Source: Lytechinus pictus
Lineage: Eukaryota
Length of the DNA stretch: 64,000 nt
Direction of reading: 5' to 3'
Assembly (NCBI RefSeq): GCF_037042905.1
Contig: NC_087252.1
Span: 10,790,001 to 10,854,000 of the forward strand
Made by a program: the position numbers and the translations under genes. Shown here piece after piece: positions 37,301 to 52,300 of the stretch. A model generated the notes under the pieces. That model was not told the DNA's origin. It did no database searches and saw only the letters and a list, made by a program, of their open reading frames with translations. Every line of letters starts with the position of its first letter. Within the stretch, counting starts at the first letter, position 1.

Positions 37301-40300
37301 GCATTAGACTAATTGGAAATAAACCAAAATAAGACGGTAGAATCATTATCATCATCAAACACATCATGAACAGCTTCATCATCATCGTCATCAACACCAT
37401 CATCATCACCACCACCACCACAATCACCATCATCATCATCACCATCCTCATCTATTCCTTACCTTCTCTCTCTTTCTTGATTCTCTCCTCATTAGCCATC
37501 CTCTCGGACTCCAGCTTCTGTCTGACTTCTTCAAGTTCTTGAGCTGCCTTTGCTGCTTGTTCAGCGTTCACCACATGGTCAGCATCTTGTTCCGAGCTCA
37601 AATCCTTCAGAGCATCGGCATACTCCTACCATACAAAGACCAAGAAATACTGTTTGCCTTTCTTCCTAATTTTTTATTTTCATAATTTTTTTCGTAATCA
37701 CTTTTATCATCACCTCATCTCAACATTGAGGCCAATAGTCAGTGTGTTGAGAACCATGTGCATGCAAAAACAATCTTGATTGGCGAAAGCCTCTTTTTGA
37801 CTGATTACAAAACTTTATGTCATTGGGCTTGAGGGTAAGTGCTAGAATGGTGCTAATAAGCCAGAAAACAGCTTTTCTGTCTCCTTCAAAGAGCACAGAG
37901 TGATGCATTTTGCGGTGATATGCGCTTTATAAGCATGTCGGTATTTTCATTATTAAGACAGATATTTGAAAACAGAAAACTCAGGATTGATATAAGGTTC
38001 TGATGCCTTTCTCAAGTGCAGGAATCATTCACATGTCTCTAAATCTGCTTCCTTCTTACCTGGTAGTGCCTTTCCTTCATCTCCAGCTTAGCTCTGGCGT
38101 ATCGGAGTTCCCAATCACTGAGGGCACCCTTCTCAATACCCTTTTTCTCTTCCGCTAGCTCCCTCTCCAGCTTATTCAGCTCAATCTGTTGTTTGTTGAG
38201 GAGAGCAGCCTTGCGTTGCTGGCGTTGGTCTGGAGTGAGGTCTTCTTTGGCTAGATCGGCGAGTTCCTTCTCGTGTCTTTGTAGCATGGCATCACGTTTG
38301 GCATTGTATTTGTCGTGGAGCTTGTCGAGAGCGCCCTCAACGGCTATGCGGCGTTCAGCAGCGAACTGGGCATCCAGGTCCCTAGCTTCCTGAGCTTGGC
38401 GTTTGGCAAGGACCTATGGTAAAGTGTAAAGATATGTGTTTGTAGCGAAGGTTTTACCCTGTAAGGTGATACGTAGATGAGCAATACTACATTAGGAATT
38501 GACAACCGGACATCATCTAAGGTGTACCCTAATCTTTCTGTCACAGTTTTACCTATGTAAAATTTGCATATCATGCGCTTGAGCTAACGCCCTTATGTCA
38601 GCCATACAGGAATTGAAAATCTACATCCCATCAAGAATTATCAAAACCATCTTACCTCCTTGATGACCTTATCCGTGTTCTGTCCACCAGCTTTCTGTAT
38701 CTCCTCCACCATCTCCTTTCGCTCCGCTTCCTTGACGACCTTCCCATGGACATCCCTCAACTCCTTCTTCTGCTCAATGGCCTCCTTGGCAAGGTCCAGC
38801 TCCTGCTTCCTCTTCTGATCCTCCAGGAGCCTCTTCTTCCTCGCTGCCAATCTGTCCCTGACGGCAAGCTGCTGCCGTGTCCTCTCGCTCTCCATGCGAT
38901 CCTCGATGTCTTCAAGCTCGCGGGCATGCGTTAATAGCAGCTGCTTCATCTCCTCTTCGGAGAGGTCTTGACGGGCAGCCAGCTCGGCGGCATGCTTGTT
39001 CCTGGTCTCCGAGAGGACCTTGGACTTCTCCCGCTCCAGCTTCTTGACTTCCTCAGCCTCCTTGGTCTTTGCTTCCTCACTAAGCTTCTTCTGGAGGTCT
39101 TCCTTGTCCTGTTCATGATGCTCCTTCATCTCCTCCTGGACCCTCTGGTGCTCCCGGACAACAGCCTTCAAAAATGATAAGATGGATGTATTGTCTTGAA
39201 CAAGGTCATATTTTATATTCAGTGATGACAGCCAAACTTGATCAATTACTCCAAATACTAACATCGTAATAGCTTTTTTAAAGGAAAATAAACCTGTTTA
39301 CCTATTACTACTTCATGTATTACAGAGTTATAAAGACAGGTAGATATAAGCTTACAAACAAAAATTAGGATTCAAGAATGCTCAGCTATTACCATTGGAG
39401 TATTGAACAGAGTCAAAAAAGTTTTACCATTACGCATCCTTGTAAATATATATAATACCTTGATCTTGCCACATTTGAACTATTGTCTGATTATCTGGGG
39501 TGGCTGTGCATCATATTTATTCCAAAGGATATATGTGATTCAAAAACGTGCAATAAGGGTAATAACAAATTCCTTTTTTCGAGCTCACACACAGATTTTA
39601 TTTTTTAAGCTAAAACTTTTAAAGCTAAATGAACTTTATGAATCACAAATTATTTTATTCATGTACAAATATTTCAATTTAAATTCTATTTTTCCATCTT
39701 GTTTTAATACTTATTTTATATTTAATAGCAGTATAAATAATTATGTAACGAGAAATTCAAACAAATTATATATACCGTTCTTTCGTTATACGCTTTCTAA
39801 ATCTACAATTCGTTATAAAGGACCAAACTTGTGGAATAATTTACCCGATACTTTAAAATTATCTGTTACATTCTCATCATTGAAACGTAGATTGAAACAA
39901 AACCAACTGTCTACTTATAGTTAATAATTCCAACTGCCTATCTGAGGGGGGGGGGGATTGATTTCAATGTGTTCGTGTCTGTTTTGTTTGTTTGTTTTTT
40001 GGACACTATTCTATTTGTGTTTTTAATCGTACCATAATGTAGTAATCAAGGGAGTCGGCTTTGACAGGTCAATGGCCTTTCTGACTTCCTACATCCGCTA
40101 CATTTTATTTTCATTTCTTTTATATTTTGACAATTTTTTATCGCTTATACTGTGATTTGAATTATTGTACTCCTTTGTTGTTGTATACTTGTACATATGT
40201 TTTTAAAGGATGTCAAATAAATGAATTGAATTGAATTGAAATTATCATTATTTCATTCAACATTTCAAAATAAAAATACAGAGAAGAACAGTTGGAGCGA

Positions 40301-43300
40301 TTGGGCCCTTGACACGAGGGGAGCATGCCATGAAACAAGTAATCATTGTTTTCTTTCGAAATTTGTTTTAAGCTACTGAAATAATTGCATCTGATTGGCT
40401 TAAAGTAAAATTGAAACAGGCAACATGCTTCATGAAACACTACACAGGTTCCAAGATTACCTCCTAATCAAAGCGCCTCTAAATGCTAAATATAACAATG
40501 CATTATTTCCTCACCTGTTCTTCCATTGAAAGCTCTGCCATGTTGATGGGAGTGTCTTCTGCAACGCCCATTATGCTGAACCCGCCCCCATCATCCTTCT
40601 TCCCAACAGCCTTCTCTTGTTCCTTGAGGATGCGTTGAGCCGCCTCCTCCTCGGCGAGGCGGTGCATGTCTTGTTTACGACGCCCTCTACGGGCGGCAAG
40701 CTTGGCGTTGAGGTTGGAGGATTGCTGCTCACGCTGGACGCCGAGTTCGTAGGAGATGTCTTCGTTGTTGCGACGGAGCTGATCTAAGAGGCGCTGTTGC
40801 GTGACTTGATCTACGCCATGAGAGTCTGCGAGCTGTTGTAGGTAAAAAAAAAACACAAACAAATCTGTTATATATTTCCCATCTCTTTCGCTTTTTTCTC
40901 TCTCTTATTTCTCCGGATTGTGATTTCCCTTTGTTGCTTTTCTTTTTCTTCTGTTCATACCCTCTTTTTTTGATATATCTCTCCCATTCTCATCTCTTTC
41001 TCTCGCAATATTTACTTCTTCAATTTGGTTCCCCTTTTTTATCTCTCCCTTCTATTATCTTTGCCTACTTACTCACAAACCCACACACTTTTTCTTCACA
41101 TAGCTTTTACTCTGTCTCTCTATCCTTGCTCTTACACATTTTCCACTAACCTTATCAAGAATCTCCCTATGGCCCTCTTGTAGTTCATTGGCGTGCTGAT
41201 AACCCATCTCATTCTCAACATTCCTTCTTCTATCAATTCTCCTCCTTCTCCAATCTCTAGTCACTTCCCCTGTCTTCTCTTCTCTCCTCTCTCTCACATT
41301 TTCCACTAACCTTATCAATGATCTCCTTATGTCCTTGGACTTCCTTTTAGCTTGTTAATAATCCATCTCATTCTCAATACTCCCTCTTCTATCAACTTTC
41401 CTCCTTCTTATCCTGTCTCTAGTTTACTTCACTTGTCTTTTCATCTCTTCTCTCTGGCTCTTTCTCTCTTTCTTACTTCTTTCGCACATTCCACTTACCT
41501 TATCAAGGATCTCCTTGTGCCCCTCCTGCAGTTCCTTGGCATGTTGGTTACCGATCTCTTTCTCAATACTCTGTGCCAGCTGATTCTCTTCGCTGTCCAA
41601 CCATTTCTCCATGGCTTCCATTCTCTTCTGGTGTCTCTCCTCCACCTCCTCTGCCTCCTCACTGGATGTACACTGTGGGAGATTTGTAAAGATGCGGTTG
41701 TCATGGTGACAATGTGATAACTGACTGAGAATCTTGAAATGCAAGTGTTTAGATTACTTAATTGATTCTATAGAAAATTGTGTGCATATCACCTATTTCA
41801 AGATAGCGAGCAGCATAAAAATCGACATTTTTGTCAGCATGGTCATCTTTATCATTAAAATTGTCAACATGATCGCTATCGCCAGCATCCTCTACATTAT
41901 CACCATCAACATGAAAATAATAATTCTTAACATACTGCCATCATTATCACGATCATCATCATCGTCACTGTTTGATTTTTTTACCTACATCAGGATCATC
42001 ATCATCAAGATCATCATCATAATCATCACCATTATCAATGTTATCATCATCATCATCATGATCAAGATCACCATAGCCATGTACACCATCATCATTATGA
42101 AAGATACTGATGATCAATGAACATTCTCCCCCTCAAAAAGTCTCATCTCCACCACCACCACCTCCAACTGACTCAACTCACTTTCTCAAGCTCCTTATCG
42201 TGCTGCGTCTGAAGCTTCTTTGTCTTCCTACGCCTCTTCTCCGCCATCTTGTTCTTCATATTCCTGTTCAGGTCAGACTTTCTCTTTGCCATCTTCCTAT
42301 TCAGCTGGTCTTCCATGCTCTCTAGCTCTCCTTTCAGGTCGCTGACATCGCTTTCCGAGAGGACACCACTCTCTTCAAGGTTGGTCTATTGAAGAAATTT
42401 TATCGAAATCATGTTTTATGGATTCATTTTATTCCATATTCAGTTACAGTAGAGCCTTAGAGACGATGAAACATAGATCAAAGTTTTTTTTTGTCCAAAT
42501 GGAGATAGCCCATCTAGAATGAAACCAAGTGGTTTTGACAAAGCATGCATAAACCATATCTAATTAGTCATTTAATAAATAAATGTGGACCAAAAGCCCC
42601 CCAAAAGTAGCACATCTTGAAGATGGACAAAGTGATGCATAAAACCCATAACAGATTACACCAAGTACATACTACATCTGTTAATAGAGCACACTTATAA
42701 TTTTAGAACATATTGGTCTCTCCCAAATAAAGCATAACACCATTTCAAATGTGACCATGTACCAGTTAGAAAAAATAATGTGGACCCCATATTTTAGCCC
42801 AAATGAAGAAAGCCTAACACAAATTTAGACCAAGAGGTTTAGACCAAGCATACCAGAGTATTGTTCATGTTATCAGACATCATCTTCTGTTGTTCCTTGG
42901 CCAGATTCCTGCTGATGTTAGCCTGGTCCTTGGTTCTACTTGCGTTCTCCTCTGCCATCAGTAGGTCCAGGTCTAAGCCTTGGCTCTGGAGGACTCCCTC
43001 AGGGTCGGTCTCACCGGCGTCTTCCAGCTTGATGCCCAGCTGCTCGGCCTATGAAAGAGAATGAGGTTGGTTTCAAAGATGCTTCATAAAAATTAAATTG
43101 GTAATTGAACTGCTGTATATAAAAACTCTTCACATGGTTAGACCATAAACAGGGGACGTACATGTACAGACAGAGATTATGGACCCCTACAAAAAAACAG
43201 TATTAGCTGATAGGGACATCCAACGAGTGGTAAATAAATAAAATAAAAAAAAGTAAAATTGAATTCTTTGATACATTTGACAAGACTCCTACAAAGAGTC

Positions 43301-46300
43301 TGGAAATAACAGATAACCAGTTTTGGTGATTCATTTCGATGATAAGAGTCCACCTTTGATTCTAAGCACACATTGATTTGTGATAGTTTTCAGAGAACTA
43401 GACTTCCAGTTTTGTAGATAATGCCGTTGGTAATAGGCATGCCAATTTGTGAAGCAACAGCAGTCAACGTAGGAGATCTTGGTAAGATGGGGGGGGGGGG
43501 GGTGAGTCACCCCCCTAAGTCTTGGTAGGTGACATGATTGCCCAATATTTTTAGGGTAGTATTTGGCTTGAACATTCATCTTCTCAGCATGACATAGAAT
43601 AGCATAGACAACAAATTAGCGGTCAAATTCCAGCTACCCTCAATAAGGTACATTGAATATTCTGAATATTGCTGACCTCTGCCTTGTGTTGTCTCTTGAG
43701 GGCGCCCTCTTTCTCTCGTCGTCTGTTAGCGAGTCGTCTCATAAGAGCCTGCATCTGATTGGCTTTCTGTTTGTCGAGCTGATCCAGGGAATCGGCCATC
43801 TTTTTCTCGTGGTCGGACATGATCTTCTCGATCTCCTCCTTCGTGGTCGCCTGGTCTAGCTTGGCTTGGAGATTCTCAGACATTTGTCGACTGAGCATAG
43901 CACGCCTTTCATCCTAGTATATACAAGTGAACGGAAGGAGGTACGTGTAATTAAGATACACATACAAAGAAGCATGAATTGATAGGGTAAAAAATTCAGT
44001 TTCTCTTTCCATATTGAATTTCATTTTATTCTTTTAAAGGTTTCCTTCTGGTTAATTCAATTGAAATTTTTAAAGCATAAGAGTAATATTACAAGTATAA
44101 AATCTTCATTTTTTGTATAAGTTGTTTGGTTCATTTTAAATTTTCTTTCTATTTCGTCATCCCATACTTGTACAAGTTCTTATTTCAGCATATTTCACAT
44201 CTGTAAGTACAATATTTTTGTCGGTCAATTAATTTTAAGTGATGATGAAATACCTGACCTAGCATCATGTGGAATACTAAATGCAAGACCATTTTTGTAC
44301 GATCGCCCTATGATCTGCCACAAATATAATAGAAAATCATTTTTCAACTAGTGAATAAACGATGAAATATTGGTACATTCTGTTGGCTATTTGCAAATGA
44401 AAATTTAGTTGAGACCACCAAAAACATCTTGCAATTTGTAGAACCTAGTAAGGACTTCATGAGGGTCCTGTTTTATTAAATTTGTTATAATAACAACTCT
44501 GCAATAACAGTTAAAAGCTACTGAAATCCTTAGATTTAGATTTATTTATTTCCGTTCAACAAAATGATATATAATCAGAGTAACAGTACAAATACATGTT
44601 CAAAATAAAATGTCAAGTTCAAGGACATTTGAAAAAAAAAAATTGAATCTTGAATGATTGGCTTATGGTATATCTGTTACAAAGTTTTGCATTTGATATT
44701 AGAACCGGACCCAGTTGTACAGTGTATGAAATCAATTCAAAATCAAATCAAACAAGTGATCTTACATGCTCCGCCAGGAGTTTCTCCATCTCGTTCTCTG
44801 CCTCCTCCCTCAGCTCCTTGTCAAGGTGCATGCGCTCCGCCTTCTGTTTCACCAGGAGCTTGTCCACAGTGGCTCCCTTCCCGGAGACCACACCCCCTGT
44901 GATGGATCCACCAGACGCGAGCCCAGCCTGCTGGAGCATCTCCTGGCTCAGAGGGATCTTACCGGTGTTGAGCTTCTCCAGGAGGAGCTGCAGGGCCTCC
45001 ATGAGCTCCTGCTCCCTCCTGTTAGATCCTGAAGAATCAAAACAACCAAATAAAGATATTTTTGATATGAAATGCATGTACATGTAATAGCTTTCTCTCT
45101 TCATAGAGAGTACTGTCAAACTTTTCAACCAACTTCATGCCAATTTAATTCCCATTATCATTCTTAGGTCTTACAATTAATTGCACATATGCAATTGAAT
45201 GGTGATCTTTTTTCCTTTAACCAAAAGAATTAACCGATTTTTTATGGTTCAAATTACTCTTTTATTTCTAAGTTTGTAATCTATTTCATATAAATTTTAA
45301 GCAACCCAAAAAGACATACAATATCAATATTTGGAAGATAAAGAGTCCATGAAAATGTAGACTTCCCTAGTGTGGGCCTGATTACCACTTACAGTGTTTC
45401 AGGAATCTCTGAAACAAAATTATTATCATAAAATATGATTTTGACCACTAATATTATGTACACAAATTCAATTGATCTTTAAACACGAAACATCACATTG
45501 TCAGAAATGAATTTTATCATCAATACACCTACTACTAAAGCATTTCCTAATTTACAGAGATTGATTTGAAATGTGACTATCACTTGCAACAACCAGCAGA
45601 TTACTTTGTATAAATAAATTCCAAGGATATGTCTTTGATTATTCACCTGAGAAGTTATAGGTACGGCTTGAAGAGTAATTCATGACTCGGATATCATGGC
45701 CACTGCGACTGCTGTCACTGCTCGAACCACTACTGCGGCGTCCTCGTCTGTGGCCGGAGAGACGTTCGAGCTTTGTCACATCAAGGTTGACCAGGAGATC
45801 CTACGTCGATTACAAAATATGGAGTGAAAATAAAGATGCATTGAAAGTGGCGCATATGATTAAGGACAGGAATGTTTGTAATGAGAAATAATACTTTCAG
45901 AATAATACTGATGGTGGTAGTGGTGGTGATGAGATGAGTCAAAATGAAAAAAAAGGCTATTTAAGTAAATACCTGCTAAAATGAATGTTATACATGTAAT
46001 TATGATAGTAATGATAGTGATGACCATGGTGATGATGATGATGATGTTGACAATAATAATAATAGTCAGTTCTTGTATAGCGCATAACACATTATGAACA
46101 ACGTCTCTATGCGCTTCCAAAGGACTTGGAAATTATTACCCCGGCTGTAGCTCAAGCAGCTAGCTTCCAGCGCTCTGCATTTCAATGTAGATGATGACAA
46201 ACATGATGATTATGATGATGGTGATAACAAGTATCATGATGATGATTCAAATTAGAAAATACAAATCCTACTAAAGCAAATGCCAATGTAAAGAGCCATG

Positions 46301-49300
46301 AATGGTACAATCTTTCAAAAGAAACACAAATACCTTCATAGAGGTAAACAAAACCCTACCTTCAGTCCATCCGTCTGCTTGGACATGCGCTCATAGAAAC
46401 CCTGGAGATCTTCTTGCTGCTTGGCCAGCTGCTGAGAGAGATACAGGGTCTGGTCTTCCAGCTTGTCGTACAGAGTCCGCACATTGAAGTCCTCCAGGAG
46501 GGTGGGCTTGCCTGAGGCCATCCCTGACACAGCAACGGCTGATGCGCTGGCTACAGTGGTGCCGGCCATCAGTTCTTCCCTGCATGAGACAAGACAAGTG
46601 CAAAATACCTGAGGACATTGCAATTGTTGCGGTCCGAGCGACAGTTCAACCTGACATTAGGCCAATGTCCCAAGCTCAAAGTGACATTGAAAACAGTGAA
46701 AATTAACAGAAAATGTAGGAAGAACACAGAATTCATACAAATTCACAGAAAGTGTAGGACTTTGGGTCCATACATGAGAATTATGAGAATCACATAAAAA
46801 TAATGAAACTAGACACAAAATCCAATTTGAGTGATAAAATAACCAACCTCAGCTATGCATAGACCTGGCTCATTAACAAAATTCTACCCGATTCTTTGGA
46901 TAACAAAGCCAGTCAGTCCTAACCGAACCTTTGTGCATCTCCTGAGCTAAATAAATGTAGCTAGGATTTCAATGACAGTCAACTCACCGTTCTTGGTCCT
47001 TGTATTGGAGATACGTGGGAATCTTGGGCGGGGCTCCGAGGGCGCGGTACTTGGGCTTCCAGGCTTTCATCGGATATATCCCAGCATCCTTGGGCCTCCA
47101 GACGATGACAGCAATGACGAGCATGATGATACAGGCTCCAAGGAAAGCCAGCATGCCTGGTCAAAAATGGACAAAAACAATTTTGTTTTATGTACGTGTA
47201 AGTCCCTCTCTGGGAAAAAAAGCCTGTGGACAAATGGTCTATTACGATCTCTCAGAACTTTCCAAGATGTTTCTGTATAAGCCCCCAAAATCGTAAGTAG
47301 ACAATACCAACTACACATTAAACTAGATGATAATTAGACTATAAAGAAGGTATTAGACCTATATGTAATGTAGACCAAATGGTAATTAGACCAAACAAGA
47401 GTAGGCCAAGTATGTTTAGTCTATGTGGTATTAGACTATCTGAGAAGCAGACCAACTGCTTGTAAGACCAAGTGAATCCAGACCCAGCCATGCAGGACCG
47501 ACAATGTTCCCCTCGTTTTTCTTACCGATAATGAGACCCCAGTCTGGTTCCTCATTCAGATCATTGTTCTTGCTGATATCCTGCGAGACCAGGTTGGACG
47601 GGCTTGAGGGCCCAATCCTGATGTTATCACAAGAGACGTCTTGCTCCTGTACAGCCACTATGATCTCCCAGCTGGGCTCCTGCGCATCGGCGAAGACATA
47701 GCGACCCGGCTCCGTGAAGACATGGGCGAAGAACGATATGGAGAGGTTGGTGTTCAGGACGGAGAATCGTAGGTCGCGGAACTCGCTGTAGTCGAAGGTC
47801 GGGTTGGTGTTGAAGAGATGGTCCTTCCGGTAGACTGGGTAGTTGCTGAGGGAGCGGTCGGACTGGTCAATGTTGACGCGGAAAAGAATGAGGTCCTCAA
47901 GCTCCAGGCAGACCAGTGGGTTCTCGATGCCGCTCACTCCTGTCGTTGACTGGGTGTTCAGGAGACGACGTCTTGATGCGCCGGTGGAGCCCATGGAGTA
48001 GTTCATTGTGGTGTAGGAGTCAGAAGAGGCATAGGTCTCAGAAGTGCTGTAGAGCGATGTGGTCACAACCACTGTCGAATCTGCAAGCGACAAAGGCAAT
48101 CCAAAGACAATTCTTATGCCTTCCGTTTAAATTCAAAATCGAATGAACTGGTCTGATCTTTAATATCATCCTAAGTGTAATTGTAACACAGTACCGTTAT
48201 CATGGCAACATGATTTCTGCCTTATCGACGTAAAAATTAGTTTGATCTTCAAGATCAGCCTATAAACCAAATTCAAACTTTAGCAGAAACAGGACTATAA
48301 CTCTGGTTAAAAAACTGTGCTTTCTGCTGATGATTTGCCTGAGAAAAATTGACTGCTTTATTGTTTAATTGCCCTACTCTGTTTTAATATTAATTTTTAT
48401 TTATTACTCATGGACATCTGTCATCACTCTTGTCAAATCAGTCTTGCCCACATACTACGTACACACATTACCCACTCCATGGAAAGTAATCCAGTCAGGT
48501 AAGAACCAAAACTCTGGTCCCCACTTACCTTCTGTGGTGAAAGCATCGACATCGCCCACATCTGTAGGAATGACGCAAGTGGTACCCGTTGAGGATGTTT
48601 CACACATCTCTGTCCTCTTCTGTCCCGTAGTGTGTACGTTGGGACCGATAGTTCCTGATAAGCTCTGGTTGGAAATGGAAATTCAATCAGGGATTCATAA
48701 AGATAAATAGTAGTTGTGGAAACAATCTAAATGTGAATTTGAAAAGAAACCATTGGAAAGACCACCCAGACCCAGTATCTGCAAGCATAACTAGAAAATA
48801 TTTTGTAATTGCTGAGAAACTGACAGAATATTGGACCTGTAGGACGTACAGAGCCAATATATCAAGGGCTCTGAACAGAGTGATCCATCCGCATTCTTTT
48901 AAGCATTTGTATATTTATTCGAATATTTGTACAATGCATTTTATTATGATTTTTACATGGCAAATATAACTAAACTAAACCAGAAGCATGACATTCCACT
49001 CGGCTGTCTGGTCTTGTTCTTTTTTAAACACTTTAAACATCCTCCTTCGATACATACATGTAGCTAATCCTAGTTACATGTATATCTCTACTAATAGCAC
49101 CATCATCATCGACAAAGACATTAATATTAACATCATAATTTCAATCATCATTATCATTGTTACCTCCTTAAACATCATCTTCATTGTCATCATCACCAAT
49201 ATAATCATCATCATCATCATCATTATAATCATCATTATCATCACTACAAACATTGTTATCATCATCACCATCATCATAATCATCATCATTTTAATCATCA

Positions 49301-52300
49301 TCATTATAATCATCATCATTATAATCATCATCATCATCATTATAATCATCATCATCATCACTACAAACATTGATATCATCATCATCATCATCATCATCAT
49401 CCCCATTACCACCATCATCATCACCAATGCCACCACCCACTACATACTACCGATACCAGGATGTGCGAGTCATTTACATGAAGATTTGAAAATAGTTTAT
49501 ACGAATTAAATACAATAATTACATGTAGATTCATTTAAGTATGCTTAAATCAAGATTGACATGCGCTGCCTTTCTTGTTCCCATGCTATCATCCTTACCC
49601 TTGTGATGGTACTTCCATATCCATCGCTAGATGTTATGGTCACTTGTCCGGTAGCATCGACTGAAGTCATAGTCATTGGCATGTTTGCGGTGCAGTTTGC
49701 ATCACAGATCTCTTCCGCGGTTGTGTACACATTACAAACACACCTGAAATGCATATTAAAACATTTGTTAAAAATTAATTTGCATCAGAATAAGCTAAAC
49801 AAATTGTAAATCTTTCTTTTTTATTATTCATATTTTTTTTGTCAATTTCAATACAGCATATACAGCTAAATTATGGAAGTGCAAATTTGAATGCAGATGT
49901 AAGACTGATTCAACTTATCATTGCAGATTTAAGAGGGTGAAAATGTACATAAAAAGGTGTTTTTTGTTTGCATTTACATGTACATGTAGCTTGGGTGTCG
50001 AAGCTTTATCTGCATACTAAAGTGCATATCCTAAAATGGGAACTTGTAGTTCACTATAATTTTGCACTACCTAATATTGCATTATCTACAATGTACATGC
50101 CACCAAAGAGATGAGATGTTCAGAGTACCAAAGAACTCCCAAAGAATTCTCATCATCTAGAAAAAATGTAAAAATTGGGATGTTAGATGATACCTGCTGG
50201 ACATCCAATCTTACCTTGCAAGAGTCGCATCATACGTTCCACCGCCGGCGTTCTCGCAAGGCACCGTGCAGTTCACCTCGGCAGGGTCGACGCACTCACG
50301 GGTGCTGGAGTCGTGGACCTGATTGAGCTCGCAGCGGGGGTCGACCCTCGGCTGGCAGTCACCGTCGCCGTTACCCTCCTCCTGCTCCTGGTCGGTTTCG
50401 TCGTAGAAGACGTAGCCCGACTGGCACTCGCAGGAGCCGTCGAGGATCTGGAAGGACCGGTATAGGCCATTGCAGGTGCAAGTTGCACTTCCTAATAATA
50501 ATAAAGTAAAAAAGATCAATAAAAAATCCATATTTTTTATTGTTCCAAATAGATATCAGAAATGAAATACTCTGAAAATTTGTTTTGCCCAATTGATCGT
50601 GGGCCCGGCAGCCTCTGTGCAGAGCCAGATCGACAAGGCTCTATCCTTTTAATCGTTGAAGTTGAACGCCAAACAGGGTAGCAGCAACTCCCATCTTTTA
50701 TCGTCTTTTGGTCTGACGCGGCCAGGGTTTGAACCCCCGACCTCCCGGTTGTGAGACGGACGCTCTACCAACTGAGCCAACACACCGGTACAACATAACA
50801 TTATTATGTAATATTTCACGACAGAAAAAAAAATACAATTAAAAAATCGATAATAAGTTAATGGATAACAATCAAGTAAAGGCTGTTGCAGGTACAGGTT
50901 GTACTTTCTGAGAAATAAATAAAATGATAAAAACTATCATTACGTAATATTTCATGACAGTTAAAAAACCCAATACATGAAGAAAATAGATAATAATCAA
51001 ATGGATAACAATCAAGTATATGCACATTAGAACAATGCGAGTCTACTTCCTAGTCAAATTAAGTTACATGTATGGGATGTTGTTGTTTATTTTTGACCCA
51101 CACCTGTGTGCAATTAATATCCTGGAATTCCATCCAAAAGTGACAGATATGAATGGAAAAATAACCCAAGTCCTTATTTGACATACACTCTTTATTCTTA
51201 ATTTACTGCCATTTGACTATCATTGACTTAATTGTCAGCTGTCACCTTTTGACCAGTTTTGATGTTATAGCAGTTATGTTCATAATTCCAGCAAAGCTAT
51301 CAATGTCACCTTCTTCAAATGCATTCAAAAAAACACTTCTATGTCTACATACATAATTCAAAATCAAAGGTGTACTTAGCCTGATGCTGCTCTCTTATGT
51401 GCAAAATCAACAGGGCTATATATTCAGACATTTATTATTTGAAAATCTAGATTGTAAGGGAAAATGTCAAGTTTAGAATTTTCTGTCCATGTGAACAGGA
51501 CCTTTCAGATGCATAACATACCTGGTTCTGAGTGTGAGGCACTTCCGCATGGCCTGCAGGCGACCTGAGCCACCAAATTGTTATAGGTGTTTGCTGGACA
51601 GGCCGCGCACTGATCCTCACTGTAAGCCTGGACCTGGTTTCCAAAGGTACCGGGTGGACAGGGCGTCGGTGCGGATGAGTTAGCAGGACAGTAGTAACCT
51701 TCCTCACACGGGTAGTCCTGAGGGTTTCCCGTACCTGGGTTTATACAAAGGAAAAATGGTTAAGGATTACTTGCAGATTCTGTGGGAAAGACTTACAATT
51801 TGCAAGCTTTCTTAAAACGTTTCATGGTAATGATTCTTTACACAAGAATAGGAAGTAGAGAGAAGAAAGGAAGAAGATAATAAGAAGAGGGATAGCAGGA
51901 GGGGAGAGCAAGAAGGAAGAGGAGGAGAAGGAAGGAGAAGAGTAATATGAGGGGGAGGAGGAGGGGGAGGAGGAGGGGGAGGAGGAAGAGGAAGAAGGAG
52001 AAGGAGAAGGAGGAGAAGGAGAAGAAGGAGGAGAAGGAGGAGAAGGAGAAGGAGAAGAAGGAGAAGAAGAAGAGGAAGAGAAAGAAGGGGAAAGACAAGG
52101 AGAAGGAGAAGAAGAGAAAGAAGGAGAAAGAGAAGAAGAAGGAGAAGGAGAAGGAGAAGAAGAAGAGGAAGAGAAAGAAGGAGAAGGAGGAGGACAAGGA
52201 GAAGGAGAAGAAGAGAAAGAAGGAGAAAGAGAAGAAGAAGGAGAAGGAGAAGAAGAAGAGGAAGAGAAAGAAGGAGAAGAAGAAGAAGAAGAAGAAGAAA

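Noticed and set aside
39403..39924. Nested antisense protein-coding gene
   Set aside because: It is the C-terminal remnant of a LINE ORF2 without an ATG start or RT core, followed by a LINE-type tail.
50715..50789. tRNA-Val(CAC)-like gene
   Set aside because: A and B boxes are present, but the acceptor and anticodon stems do not pair properly, and the sequence continues into a SINE body.
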